From NCBI GenBank assembly GCA_945877085.1, contig CAMCQV010000001.1, forward strand, positions 20,221-84,220: a stretch of 64,000 nucleotides of DNA, given 5' to 3'. Made by a program: the position numbers and the translations under genes. The stretch is from Chitinophaga pinensis. GTDB taxonomy: Bacteria > Bacteroidota > Bacteroidia > Chitinophagales > Chitinophagaceae. The notes under the pieces are model-generated. The model saw nothing but the letters and a program-made list of their open reading frames with translations. It did no database searches and was not told the origin of the DNA. The first letter of the stretch is position 1, and every line of letters begins with the position of its first letter. This document shows positions 37,386 through 47,659 of the stretch, piece after piece.

Positions 37386-39083
37386 TTAGAATTTAAATTT
37401 AACAACATCCCAGAAAATAGGGTCTCTATCAAAGATAACAGCACCATAACTAGAAGCGTTTGCGTTCAAATTCAATTCAGTTGAAGGATAAGGCAATCTT
37501 AAAGCAAATTGTCTTTGTCTAGAAGCTGGTTCATCAAGTGTAGTTGGTAAACCTGTTCTTCTAAAAGTAGAGTACAATTCATTACCATTACCTAAGCCAG
37601 AGAACCATGCTTGTTTCAATACCACATTCAACTTAGCATCGTTAGAAACAGCAGCATCGTATCTTTCTAACCACTTATTTACATAAGTTGTTACAGCAGT
37701 TGTAGATGGATCTGTTGCAGTTGGATCAGAACTTTTTGAATGTCTAACCACGTCTGCAATAGATTGTCTCATTGCTGCTTCAAACAAAGTTTTTGTAGCT
37801 GCAGTTACACTTCCAGAAGCAATTTGTTGCTCTAAATCCCAATATTGAATCATATTGAAAGTGATCATAGGGAATACACCGTTACCAGCACCAGTTCCGC
37901 CTAATAAAGCTTTGACATCTGCTTTAGCAGCTGTTCTAGCATAGTCTACTAAACCTCCAGCAGGGTAAGCACCAGGTACAGCTCTAACAGCAACGTCTGC
38001 AGGTACACCAGTTTGGTCACCTCTTACACGTCCAAAGAATCCAGCTAAATAAGCTGAGTCAGCTGCTGTGTTGGTTAATGTACCACTTGCAGTTAACTTA
38101 GACCAAGTGCTATTATCTAATACCATATAACCTCCATACACAGGAATTGTTCCCTTGTCTGTAGAATTATTAGGATCTAAAAGTGTAGCAGTTTGTCTTC
38201 TTACTTGGTAAGGTAAACGTGGGTCACCTAATTCTAACATTTCAAGCATGAATTGCTTAGAGAAATAGGTGAAGTTGTTTGAACCTAAATAAGCATCTGT
38301 AAACCATGGGTGACGTCCTTCAGGAGAAGCCACTTTGTTGTACTTAAACAAGAAGTCTTCTGCACCAGATGTTGCAGAAATATAGTTTGCAGAGCTAGCT
38401 AAAATTGTTCTAATCTTCGCATCAGCAGAAGGATCTACTTTTCTAGTCTTAATCAATAAAGATAGTTTTACAGAATTTGCAAATTTCTTCCATCTTGTGA
38501 TGTTATTTGCAAAGTGGATATCTCCTTTTAAAGCAATCGGGCTTGTTTTTGCAAACTCAGCAGCAGCTGAATCTGTCATTGCGATTAACTTAGCGTAGAT
38601 ATCTTTGTCTTTACTAAACTTTGGTTCATTGATTGGAGTTGAAGCATCTCCACCGAAAGCTTCTTCAAAAGGTACATCACCAAATAAGTCAACGAATTGA
38701 CCAAAATAGTAGGCTTTCAATGTGAAAGCTGCACCTCTAAAATGAGGACTTTGACCTGCAGCAGTTCTGTCTAAGATACTTTGTAAGTCTTTCATACCAC
38801 CAGTGTAGAAAGAATTCCAAGTTCCATTGTAAGAACTGTTGTTGATAGCAAAGGCATCTGAACCCTGGTTCGCCAAGATCCCTACAAAACCTAATGTAGT
38901 AGTACTCATCCCGTTAAAAATACCAGGAGTTGTTAATTCTGCAGAGGTTAATAATAGGTCTAAAGGCGCGGAAACAGGGCTATTTGGATTGACGTTGATG
39001 TCAAGATCCATAGCTTTTTCACAACTAGAGACTGTAATCCCTAGCGTAATAGCGCTTAATATTAAATAGGATTTTATTCGCAT
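37386..39083 (-). CDS. SusD/RagB-family lipoprotein
   Basis: Lipobox VSSC, INVNPNSP, LVDLFGDVPF, WKKFANS, FRRTG and RLPYP motifs. Confidence 0.93.
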   Translation of the reverse strand: MRIKSYLILSAITLGITVSSCEKAMDLDINVNPNSPVSAPLDLLLTSAELTTPGIFNGMSTTTLGFVGILANQGSDAFAINNSSYNGTWNSFYTGGMKDLQSILDRTAAGQSPHFRGAAFTLKAYYFGQFVDLFGDVPFEEAFGGDASTPINEPKFSKDKDIYAKLIAMTDSAAAEFAKTSPIALKGDIHFANNITRWKKFANSVKLSLLIKTRKVDPSADAKIRTILASSANYISATSGAEDFLFKYNKVASPEGRHPWFTDAYLGSNNFTYFSKQFMLEMLELGDPRLPYQVRRQTATLLDPNNSTDKGTIPVYGGYMVLDNSTWSKLTASGTLTNTAADSAYLAGFFGRVRGDQTGVPADVAVRAVPGAYPAGGLVDYARTAAKADVKALLGGTGAGNGVFPMITFNMIQYWDLEQQIASGSVTAATKTLFEAAMRQSIADVVRHSKSSDPTATDPSTTAVTTYVNKWLERYDAAVSNDAKLNVVLKQAWFSGLGNGNELYSTFRRTGLPTTLDEPASRQRQFALRLPYPSTELNLNANASSYGAVIFDRDPIFWDVVKFKF

Positions 39084-39094
39084 CTTATTATATT

Positions 39095-42000
39095 TTAAAA
39101 GGTTACAGTTAAGTTGATACCAAATCGTTTTGTAGTTGGTGATGCACCAAAATCAAAACCTTGCACATTAGATGTAGAAACACTAGAAAGTACTTCCGGA
39201 TCAAAATTCAATCCTTTCAACACGTTAGGTGCTTTAAACCATAAGTTACGACCTGTTAAACTAAGCCTAGCCGTTCCAAATGGAGTTTTCTTTAACATAT
39301 CTCTAGGTAATTCATATCCCAAACTTACTTCACGTAATCTGATTGTAGTCACATCATACACGTTCGTCTCATCCGCACCATATGCACCATATCCATCAGA
39401 GAAATGGTAATCGAATGCAGTCATTGGAGTTGTGTTTTTGATTTGATTACCACTTGCATCAAGAACTGGAGCATAAGTAGATGGAGAACCATAAACACCT
39501 GGGATGATACGAACACCTTCTCTATCTACAGCATATTCGTTGTTCAATTGACCGCGTAATAAAAGAGATGCAGCTGTTACACTATACATATCTCCACCAT
39601 GGCGGTAATCTAATAATGCACTTACAGTGAAACCTTTGTAAGAGAAGTTGTTGATGAATCCAAGTGTGAAATCAGGGTTTGGATTTCCAATGATTTCAGA
39701 ATCTGGATTTGTAAATGGTAAACCTGTGTTTTTGTCAATCAATAAAGCACCATTCTCTGCTCTAGCATTTCTAGAACCAAAGATCATACCAAATGGTTCG
39801 CCCTTTCTGATGATTGTTCCTAAGCTGCTGAAACCAGAACCACCTAAGAAGATTTCGCCAGTAGGACCAGCATCCAATACCATAGAACGGATTAAGTTAA
39901 AGTTGAAAGTTGTATTCCACTTGAAATCAGAAGTTTGAATATTTGTAGTAGTAATACCTAATTCAATACCCTTGTTTTCTACTTCACCCGCATTCACTAC
40001 ACGAGAAGAGAAACCAGTAGATCTTGGAGAAGATACCGCGATGATTTGATCCTTAGTTCTTTTTCTAAACAAAGTCAAATCGAAGTTTACTTTATTTTTG
40101 AACATACGTAATTCTAAACCTGCTTCAATTTCTGAAGTAATTTCTGGCTTTAAGAAAGCATTCTTTACCTCATTACCTAATGTAGCATAGTTGAATTTAG
40201 TACCAGCATCATTTGCATAAGCTGCACCAATTGGGTTAACAGAATAAATAGTTTGTAGTTGATAAGGAGACGCATCACCCGCAACTGAAACACCTGATAC
40301 TCTTAATTTACCGTAATTGATAATATTCTCAGGTAATTTCACTAGTTCTGTGAATACGAAACCAAGACCCACACTTGGGAAGAAATAACTTCTGTTATCT
40401 GAAGGTAATGTAGAAGACCAGTCGTTTCTGCCAGTTACGTTCATGAACAAGTAATTTCTAAATCCTAATTGTAAGTCAGTTAAAAGACCCATTTTACGGC
40501 TCTTCTCAAAACCATTGAAATCATTGGTTACTGTAGCAGTATTTTTTAAAGAACGAATAGCTGGGTCAATTACACCCACACCAGTGTTCTTCATGTAACG
40601 GTTGTACTTTTGTAAGTAATCCGCACCCACTACCCATTTAACATCAAAGTCTTTGTTGATATCAGTCTTATAAGTTGCTAAGAACGTGTAGTTCAAAGTC
40701 TCATTTGTGAAATCAGCTTCTTGATATCGTCCTACAGGTAATGAAGCTCCACCTGGGCGTAAATAGTTTGTTTGATGATCTGTGTAAGTATTGATACCAC
40801 CACGAGCAAACAAATTGATTTTAGAATTGATGTCATAGCTCAATGACAAGTTACCAAATACACGATTAACTTCAGAAGTAAATGTATTGTATTTCGCAAT
40901 CCAATAAGGGTTATCCAATGGTCTGTAGAACACGTTGTTTCCTTCTGGAGTTTCAAAAGGATAAGCGTTCAAATTATAGTTTCTAGGTAAATAATACAAA
41001 CGAGCATAGATAGAAGAAAATCCTTCACCAGGACCGTAGTCAGCGAAGTAAGACGCACCAGATTGTGGTGAGTTTTGGAAGTTCTTTACATAGTTTACGT
41101 TACCTGTAATTACTAAACCGTTATTTAAAGTAGAATTACCACCAAAGCTTAATGAAGTACGCTCTGTTTTAGAATTAGGTACAATACCTACGTTATCCAT
41201 TCTAGAGAAACCTCCATTGATACCAGTTTTACCAGTAGAAGAGTTGATGTTAATGCTATTTTCAGCTACTGTTCCTTGCTTGAAGAAACCATCAACAATG
41301 TTATAAGCTTGATAAGGAACCATCTTACCCACTAATTCAGGGAAAGCAGCGCTATAACGAGGAATCGTATAAGACAATGAAGTTAAAGGATGTGGAACTT
41401 CCATAGGAGATTGCGTTTTTGAATAACGCTCATATCCAACTGAAGCATTCACTTGATCTCTGTAAGCTCCAAAAGGAGAACCCCAGTTACCAATGAAACC
41501 TCCGTTGTAGTTACCATTTGAACCTTGACCATAAATGTCTTGGTATTCTGGTGTGTTACTTACATTTTCAATTGAGTAAGAAGAATTATAAGTTACTTCT
41601 AAACCTCTAGCTTTTTTAGTGTTACCTGTTTTTGTAGTGATAATGATCGCACCATTTTGTGCACCAGAACCATACAATGCAGCTGCGTTCGCACCTTTTA
41701 AGATAGTCATTGACTCAATGTTATTTGGATCAACGTCATATAAACGGTTAGAGAATACAGTGTTCGCATCGAATCCTGCAGATTGGTTTACTGAGTTATC
41801 AAAAGGGATACCATCTACCACAATCAATGGTTGGTTGTTACCAGAGAAAGAAGTAATACCTCTAATGTTGATTTTACTACTTTGACCAGGAGCACCACCA
41901 CCACCAACTACTGTCACACCAGGTACTTTACCTTGTAATGCACGTAAGATATCTGGCTCAGATTTTTGTGCTAACTGATCGGCTTTAACATCCACTACTG

Positions 42001-42358
42001 AAGACGATAAACGCTTTTTTGAACTAGACTGTCCAAAAGAGGTTACGACAACTTCAGATAAAGAAGCATCTTCTTGTTTTAAACTTACATTCAAAGTAGT
42101 TCCGTTAACTGTGAACTCTGCTTTTTTGTATCCAACACTAGAAAAAACTAGTGTAGCTCCAGATTTAACTGAAATTCGGTACAAACCGCCATCATCAGAA
42201 ACAGTTGCAATTTTTGAATTTTTTTCTTGTACTGTAACACCGGCTAAGGGCGCGCCTTTGTCACCTGTCACCTTACCAGTGATAGTCACACTTTGTGCAA
42301 TTGCAACTCCGATAGAGCAGCATGCCAATAGCAGACCAAGTAGCAATTTTTTTCTCAT
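39095..42358 (-). CDS. SusC/RagA-family TonB-dependent transporter
   Basis: LQGKVPG, IRGITS...PLIVVDG, LKGANAAALYG and RNDWSSTLP motifs; terminal Phe. Confidence 0.96.
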   Translation of the reverse strand: MRKKLLLGLLLACCSIGVAIAQSVTITGKVTGDKGAPLAGVTVQEKNSKIATVSDDGGLYRISVKSGATLVFSSVGYKKAEFTVNGTTLNVSLKQEDASLSEVVVTSFGQSSSKKRLSSSVVDVKADQLAQKSEPDILRALQGKVPGVTVVGGGGAPGQSSKINIRGITSFSGNNQPLIVVDGIPFDNSVNQSAGFDANTVFSNRLYDVDPNNIESMTILKGANAAALYGSGAQNGAIIITTKTGNTKKARGLEVTYNSSYSIENVSNTPEYQDIYGQGSNGNYNGGFIGNWGSPFGAYRDQVNASVGYERYSKTQSPMEVPHPLTSLSYTIPRYSAAFPELVGKMVPYQAYNIVDGFFKQGTVAENSININSSTGKTGINGGFSRMDNVGIVPNSKTERTSLSFGGNSTLNNGLVITGNVNYVKNFQNSPQSGASYFADYGPGEGFSSIYARLYYLPRNYNLNAYPFETPEGNNVFYRPLDNPYWIAKYNTFTSEVNRVFGNLSLSYDINSKINLFARGGINTYTDHQTNYLRPGGASLPVGRYQEADFTNETLNYTFLATYKTDINKDFDVKWVVGADYLQKYNRYMKNTGVGVIDPAIRSLKNTATVTNDFNGFEKSRKMGLLTDLQLGFRNYLFMNVTGRNDWSSTLPSDNRSYFFPSVGLGFVFTELVKLPENIINYGKLRVSGVSVAGDASPYQLQTIYSVNPIGAAYANDAGTKFNYATLGNEVKNAFLKPEITSEIEAGLELRMFKNKVNFDLTLFRKRTKDQIIAVSSPRSTGFSSRVVNAGEVENKGIELGITTTNIQTSDFKWNTTFNFNLIRSMVLDAGPTGEIFLGGSGFSSLGTIIRKGEPFGMIFGSRNARAENGALLIDKNTGLPFTNPDSEIIGNPNPDFTLGFINNFSYKGFTVSALLDYRHGGDMYSVTAASLLLRGQLNNEYAVDREGVRIIPGVYGSPSTYAPVLDASGNQIKNTTPMTAFDYHFSDGYGAYGADETNVYDVTTIRLREVSLGYELPRDMLKKTPFGTARLSLTGRNLWFKAPNVLKGLNFDPEVLSSVSTSNVQGFDFGASPTTKRFGINLTVTF

Positions 42359-42642
42359 ACTGTTAAAAATTTAATAATAAATACGGCTATTTTGTTTAAA
42401 TAACTTGGGTTGAAATTAAAAAAAAAATTCTTATTATCTTTGATTTTGTTAATAAAAATTTAACGTTTTATATATCTGATTTAATAATTTGTATAACAAT
42501 TAAGTAAATATATAATATATAAATAATATTAATAAATGTTAGTTATTTTTAGCGAATTTGTCTAAAAAATGTTTGATTTTTGATTCAAATGACTATACTA
42601 ACACAGTTTGCTGTTTTTTAATTAAAAATTGGTCTAAAAAGC

Positions 42643-43923
42643 ATGAATTTAAACGTATTTAAAGTAGCACTGTTCGCCTGTATGGTGCTGTTCCAAAATT
42701 CAATTTTAGGTCAAGAAAGGATCAATTTTGAGACAAATATTAAGCCCATTTTGACTAAACACTGTGTGAATTGTCATCAAAGTGGAGGCATCGCACCATT
42801 TGCTTTGGACAATTGGACCGATGTGGATGCCAGGGCCATTATGATTGGCGCTGTGACAGCAAGTAAATACATGCCCCCTTGGAGAGCAGATACCAGTTTT
42901 CAACATTACAAAAACGAAAATTATTTAAGTAAAAATGAAATTGAACTGATACAACAATGGATTCAAAATGAGCAACCCCGTGGCATAGTAGAGCGAAGAA
43001 AAGAAAAAGGATTACCACCAAACAAGGTTAAGAAAAAACAAGGAACTGAAATTCAAATTGGCTTTAATCGTGCATTCATAATCAAGGGTGAAAATAAAGA
43101 AGAGTTTAGATTTTTTCACTTGCCTTCCAAGATCAAAGAAAACGGATTCATACAAAGTATTGAGTTTGCGCCGGGCAATAAAAAACAAGTGCATCATAGT
43201 AGAATCATGATTGATACAACTCAATCTATCAGCGGCATAGATGGACTTTCAGAAGAGGATTCTTCCATCTTGAAATACCAAACTAAACCATTAGCAGATC
43301 CATTTTTATTTGGTTGGGTTCCAGGAAATGATAAAATTATTTTTCCAAAAGGAATAGGAAAAAAAATATATGCTAACTCAGACTTTATTGTGAATGTGCA
43401 TTATGTACCAAGTCCAATTCAAGTTGTTGATTCCTCCTCCATCATTATTCAATTAACGGATGAACCTGTCGAAAGAGAATCGCAAACCCTCACCTTGACA
43501 GAAAATAATATTTCGAATCAACCCTTTATTATTTATCCAAATAAGAAGTCTACATTTTACATGCGATCGCCCATACTGCAAGACAGTATATCGTTAATAT
43601 CCATTATGCCACATATGCATTTACTGGGTAAATCATTTAAGTCCTACGCGATCACCCCAGATGGAAATATTTTGCCCTTAGTGCATGTTCCAAGCTGGGA
43701 TTTTAATTGGCAAACAACTTATCAATTTACAAAATTTACTGTGTTACCTAAGGGCACTGTTATTTATGCCGAAGCAACCTATGACAATACCAATGAAAAT
43801 CCATTGAACCCATATAAGCCAGCAAGAACAGTTGGTTACGGCTGGGGCAGTAAAGACGAAATGATGAACTTAATTCTTTATTATGTGAAATATAGGCAAG
43901 GAGACGAATTGATTGACCTATAA
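42643..43923 (+). CDS. Secreted heme-c (CxxCH) / copper type II monooxygenase-like (PHM fold) protein
   Basis: Signal peptide; CVNCH and MPPW; Cu-ligand pattern VHH...VHY...PHMH...DEMM; WDFNWQ. Confidence 0.8.
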   Translation: MNLNVFKVALFACMVLFQNSILGQERINFETNIKPILTKHCVNCHQSGGIAPFALDNWTDVDARAIMIGAVTASKYMPPWRADTSFQHYKNENYLSKNEIELIQQWIQNEQPRGIVERRKEKGLPPNKVKKKQGTEIQIGFNRAFIIKGENKEEFRFFHLPSKIKENGFIQSIEFAPGNKKQVHHSRIMIDTTQSISGIDGLSEEDSSILKYQTKPLADPFLFGWVPGNDKIIFPKGIGKKIYANSDFIVNVHYVPSPIQVVDSSSIIIQLTDEPVERESQTLTLTENNISNQPFIIYPNKKSTFYMRSPILQDSISLISIMPHMHLLGKSFKSYAITPDGNILPLVHVPSWDFNWQTTYQFTKFTVLPKGTVIYAEATYDNTNENPLNPYKPARTVGYGWGSKDEMMNLILYYVKYRQGDELIDL

Positions 43924-43925
43924 AA

Positions 43926-44456
43926 TTATTTTGAGCTAATCGCTTTTTTAAATTCAATTAAGCACCCAACTGCATTTGTTTTTTTTATCCAAACATTTTG
44001 GCTTGTAAGCATCCCATTGATTGCGTTGATTAAATAAAACTGTTCTGGTTGTTTTTTATTTTTTCCCCAATCAATAAACCAATCATCTATCGCACCTTGG
44101 TATTGTATTTGATTGTCGTGCGTCACAAGTACTTCAGGCGTTACTTTAATGCCCATCTGCTGCGCATAATCCGTATTTTTATATGTTTTATAGGGTACCT
44201 GGATTTGGTAGTTTTGTAAAAAATCTTTTACCTTTTTTATTTGACTCGCCCCATTGACATCTAAAAAAACAAGTTCGAATTGGACTGGTTGATTTTGAAA
44301 TTTTTTTGCAATTTCATTGATCGTTAAAGTATATTTTTGACTGATAGGACAGGTGGTATTCATAAAAAATTGCACTAAGATTTTTTCTTGTGCATGCGTC
44401 TTTGTAAATGTAAAAAGGGAGCACAATAAGATGGAGTATAGAAAACTTAATTTCAT
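43926..44456 (-). CDS. Secreted redoxin (thioredoxin-fold, AhpC/TSA-like) protein
   Basis: Signal peptide from ATG 44456; CPIS, VTPEV, YQGAIDD and C-terminal GC motifs. Confidence 0.8.
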   Translation of the reverse strand: MKLSFLYSILLCSLFTFTKTHAQEKILVQFFMNTTCPISQKYTLTINEIAKKFQNQPVQFELVFLDVNGASQIKKVKDFLQNYQIQVPYKTYKNTDYAQQMGIKVTPEVLVTHDNQIQYQGAIDDWFIDWGKNKKQPEQFYLINAINGMLTSQNVWIKKTNAVGCLIEFKKAISSK

Positions 44457-44533
44457 ATTGTTTGATTCTTTATAAATATACAATTTATAAAGTTGATCAA
44501 ATTTATTAAAAAACTTTTGTTTAAATTCAATTT

Positions 44534-45481
44534 ATGAAAATTACCAAAGCAGCAATTGAAGCAGCAGCAAATCGTATTGCGCCATATATTCATAACACGC
44601 CCATTATGACTGGTAAAAGTATCAATGAACTATATGGATTAGACCTTTATTTTAAATGTGAGAATTTTCAAAAAATTGGCGCATTCAAAATCAGAGGCGG
44701 TATGAATGCAAGTTTACAATTAACAAAGGAGCAATTGGAAAAAGGGGTAGCGACGCATTCCTCTGGTAACCATGCGCAGGCATTGGCTTTTGCAGCAAAA
44801 ATGTTAGGTATCAAAGCATACATCGTTATGCCAGAATCGTCCCCACAAGTAAAAGTAAATGCTGTGAGAGGATATGGTGCCGAAGTGACGATTTGTGCAT
44901 CTAATCAAGCAGCAAGAGAGTCTACTTTAGAAGCTATTGTGGAACGCACAGGAGCCACTTTTATTCATCCCTACGACAATGACGAAGTGATTACAGGACA
45001 AGCTACCTGTGTAAAAGAAATCATTGATGCAATACCAGATATTGAAATAGTTGTTACGCCAGTGGGAGGAGGAGGATTATTGTCTGGCACTTGCCTAGGT
45101 GCACATTATTTTAAACCAGGATTAAAAGTGTATGCAGGAGAGCCTGAAGGCGCTGCAGATGCGGTGTTGAGTATTCAATCTGGAAAAGTAGAAAAAGCGC
45201 CTTTTGTAAATACCATCGCGGATGGATTGATGACCACCTTAAGTGAACGTACCCTTGAGATAATTAAAACACATGTTGCTGATATTATTTTAGTTTCAGA
45301 AGATGAAATAAAAGCCGCTTTAAGATTGGTGTATGAAAGAATGAAAATTATCATTGAACCAAGTTGTGCTGTTCCTTTAGCTGCAGTATTAAAAAATGCA
45401 GACTTGTTTAAAGGTAAAAAAGTAGGTATTATTTTAACAGGTGGTAATGTAGACTTGAGTAAGTTTAAAGATTGGTTTTAA
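44534..45481 (+). CDS. PLP-dependent serine/threonine dehydratase or serine racemase family enzyme
   Basis: KCENFQKIGAFKIRG, HSSGNHAQ, PVGGGGL and TGGNVD motifs. Confidence 0.9.
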   Translation: MKITKAAIEAAANRIAPYIHNTPIMTGKSINELYGLDLYFKCENFQKIGAFKIRGGMNASLQLTKEQLEKGVATHSSGNHAQALAFAAKMLGIKAYIVMPESSPQVKVNAVRGYGAEVTICASNQAARESTLEAIVERTGATFIHPYDNDEVITGQATCVKEIIDAIPDIEIVVTPVGGGGLLSGTCLGAHYFKPGLKVYAGEPEGAADAVLSIQSGKVEKAPFVNTIADGLMTTLSERTLEIIKTHVADIILVSEDEIKAALRLVYERMKIIIEPSCAVPLAAVLKNADLFKGKKVGIILTGGNVDLSKFKDWF

Positions 45482-45483
45482 AT

Positions 45484-46074
45484 TTACAAATTCAAAGCTT
45501 TAAAAAAATATTCCTCGCCTACTTCTTGCACTTTGCCGGGCGCAATGGATGTAACAGTTAAATCCTCTATCGACCATCTTACTAAACGTATACATCGATG
45601 ATGCATTGCTGCCACCATTTTACGTACTTGGTGAAATTTACCCTCCGTTAAATCAATGCGTAACCAATCTGATTGTTGATTTTCATGCAACTTCAATCCG
45701 TTATCCCACAAGTATTGTGGAGGATCAATTAAATTTACATTACAAGGAGCAGTCGTATAAGTTGTCCCATTGGGCGCAGATATTTTTACGCCACTTTGTA
45801 ATTGATATAAAGTGTTTTGATTCACTTTATTTTTTACTTGCACTAAATAGGTCCTCACATGTGGACGAATCCCTTGAAATAATAATTTTGTCACTTTTTT
45901 ATTGGTCGTTAATAACAATAAACCTTCTGACATTTGGTCGAGTCTACCAATAGCATGTGTGCCCTCTGGAAAATCAAAATTAATATTTGAAAGTAAATTA
46001 ACTTGATGCGTACTTACAAACTGAGATACCATATTCATTGGCTTGTTCAATAAAAAGTAACGATGCGCATTCAT
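45484..46074 (-). CDS. Pseudouridine synthase (RsuA/RluE family)
   Basis: [16 protein letters not shown] and [10 protein letters not shown] motifs. Confidence 0.9.
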   Translation of the reverse strand: MNAHRYFLLNKPMNMVSQFVSTHQVNLLSNINFDFPEGTHAIGRLDQMSEGLLLLTTNKKVTKLLFQGIRPHVRTYLVQVKNKVNQNTLYQLQSGVKISAPNGTTYTTAPCNVNLIDPPQYLWDNGLKLHENQQSDWLRIDLTEGKFHQVRKMVAAMHHRCIRLVRWSIEDLTVTSIAPGKVQEVGEEYFFKALNL

Positions 46075-46099
46075 AGCAGCAAATTACTTAATATTGTGT

Positions 46100-46315
46100 A
46101 TGGAACAACCGCATAAAGATCCTTTGCACGGAAAAACACTTGCTTTTATTGTGGAAGCCTTAGTGCAACATTTTGGATGGGAGGATTTAGGACAACATAT
46201 CCCAATTAATTGTTTCAATATTGATCCAAGCATTCAATCCAGCTTAAAATTTTTACGCAAAACGCCCTGGGCTCGAAAAAAAGTAGAGGAATTGTATATT
46301 AGAATGGTAAGCTAA
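46100..46315 (+). CDS. VF530/DUF2132 family small protein
   Basis: DPLHGKTL...GWE.L...[23 protein letters not shown]. Confidence 0.88.
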   Translation: MEQPHKDPLHGKTLAFIVEALVQHFGWEDLGQHIPINCFNIDPSIQSSLKFLRKTPWARKKVEELYIRMVS

Positions 46316-46322
46316 AATTTGA

Positions 46323-46667
46323 TTAAAGTAATACTTCGATGAATGATTTTTTTGACCATTTTTTTGTTATAGTAATCCAATCAGAAGTGTGACTTTTTAT
46401 ATTACTCAAAATATCCCAGGCTTCTAGCATCAATCCTTTTTTAAGCTCTGGGTCTTTTTTATCTTTATTGGCTTCTATTGTACCAATGATTTCACCATTT
46501 AATAAATAAACTTTTTGGTCGATGATCTTACCAATCACTTTAGTATCATTGCCAAAGAAACAATCTCCAATCACTAAGCCAATTACTTTTTCTCTTTTCT
46601 TATTCAGAATCATCATATGCTGAATATACGCGACTGTTTCGCTCTCTTGGTTTAAGATTTTGTACAT
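46323..46667 (-). CDS. Hypothetical protein (beta-hairpin-rich)
   Basis: 114-aa ORF 2 bp downstream of the glycosyltransferase; repeated (V/I)IG units. Confidence 0.65.
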   Translation of the reverse strand: MYKILNQESETVAYIQHMMILNKKREKVIGLVIGDCFFGNDTKVIGKIIDQKVYLLNGEIIGTIEANKDKKDPELKKGLMLEAWDILSNIKSHTSDWITITKKWSKKSFIEVLL

Positions 46668-46669
46668 GT

Positions 46670-47659
46670 TTAGCTATTTTTTGTTTGATTGATTAATTTT
46701 GCTACAATTTCTTTTGTAGAATGGGTTAAATCTAATTTGACAGGATTGATATTTTGAATCCAATCAGTAAATATAGCGTTAAAGCCTTCGTCTATCTTTA
46801 ATAATACTTTTACACCCAGTTCTGATAGTGCAGCAGCATTGGATAATTGCTCATAATGCTTTGCAATTGGTATACTTAACACTTTCTTATTCATATACAT
46901 TGCCTCAGCTGGTGTCTCAAAACCGCCGCCAGTAATGACTGCATGCGACCTGATCATGCTTTTTGTAAACCCGCTATTGCTGATAGGGAAGTATATAATA
47001 TTTTTATAATTTCTTATGGATGTCACTTCGGCACTAAATACTTCAAAATGATAATTTGATTCTGCTAAAAAGTATGGCTCCAAATAAGCAATAGAATAAT
47101 GTGGCAAATAGACAGATATATGGCCATCGTCAGTTGGAGTTGCTTCAATGATTTCTTGTTTTATAATTGGATTAAACACTGCATCATCGTAGGCTTTAAA
47201 ATGCAATCCCAGATAATGTGTACTTTTTACAAAATGCTTTAAGACAAATTCGCCAATAATATTATTTTTTTTCGCCCTAGGTGTTTTATTGCTTTGAAAA
47301 CTTGCTTGATGCCCAAATTGCACACTCTTTTTGTTTCTAAATAAGCAAGCCAATGAAGTCACAAAATCAAAATCATTGATCACCAAATCATAATTTTTGA
47401 CAGGTAATTTGTAGGCATCTAAAAAAATACTGAGTGAAAAAGATTTAATTATTTTAAGATAGTCTAAACCTCCAGTGGCTTTATAAAAAAGGCTAATGCC
47501 CTTGCTTCTTCCTACAACTGGCAAGTCGGTTTTAAGATCAGCATTGGAACCACTAATAAAAAAGTCAACATTGCCATATGCTTTTAAAAAAGGATAGAGT
47601 TGAATGGCTCTACTAATATGACCATTCCCAGTACCTTGAACTGCGTATAGTATATTCAT
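46670..47659 (-). CDS. Glycosyltransferase (MJ1255/GT28-related)
   Basis: ILYAVQGTGNGHISRA, NDF, VYLP, GGFETPAEA and HYEQ..NA motifs. Confidence 0.85.
   Translation of the reverse strand: MNILYAVQGTGNGHISRAIQLYPFLKAYGNVDFFISGSNADLKTDLPVVGRSKGISLFYKATGGLDYLKIIKSFSLSIFLDAYKLPVKNYDLVINDFDFVTSLACLFRNKKSVQFGHQASFQSNKTPRAKKNNIIGEFVLKHFVKSTHYLGLHFKAYDDAVFNPIIKQEIIEATPTDDGHISVYLPHYSIAYLEPYFLAESNYHFEVFSAEVTSIRNYKNIIYFPISNSGFTKSMIRSHAVITGGGFETPAEAMYMNKKVLSIPIAKHYEQLSNAAALSELGVKVLLKIDEGFNAIFTDWIQNINPVKLDLTHSTKEIVAKLINQTKNS

Noticed and set aside
42359-42642. Very AT-rich 284-bp intergenic region, considered as an origin or sRNA
   Set aside because: No DnaA-box cluster or stable structure is visible; best explained as a divergent promoter region.
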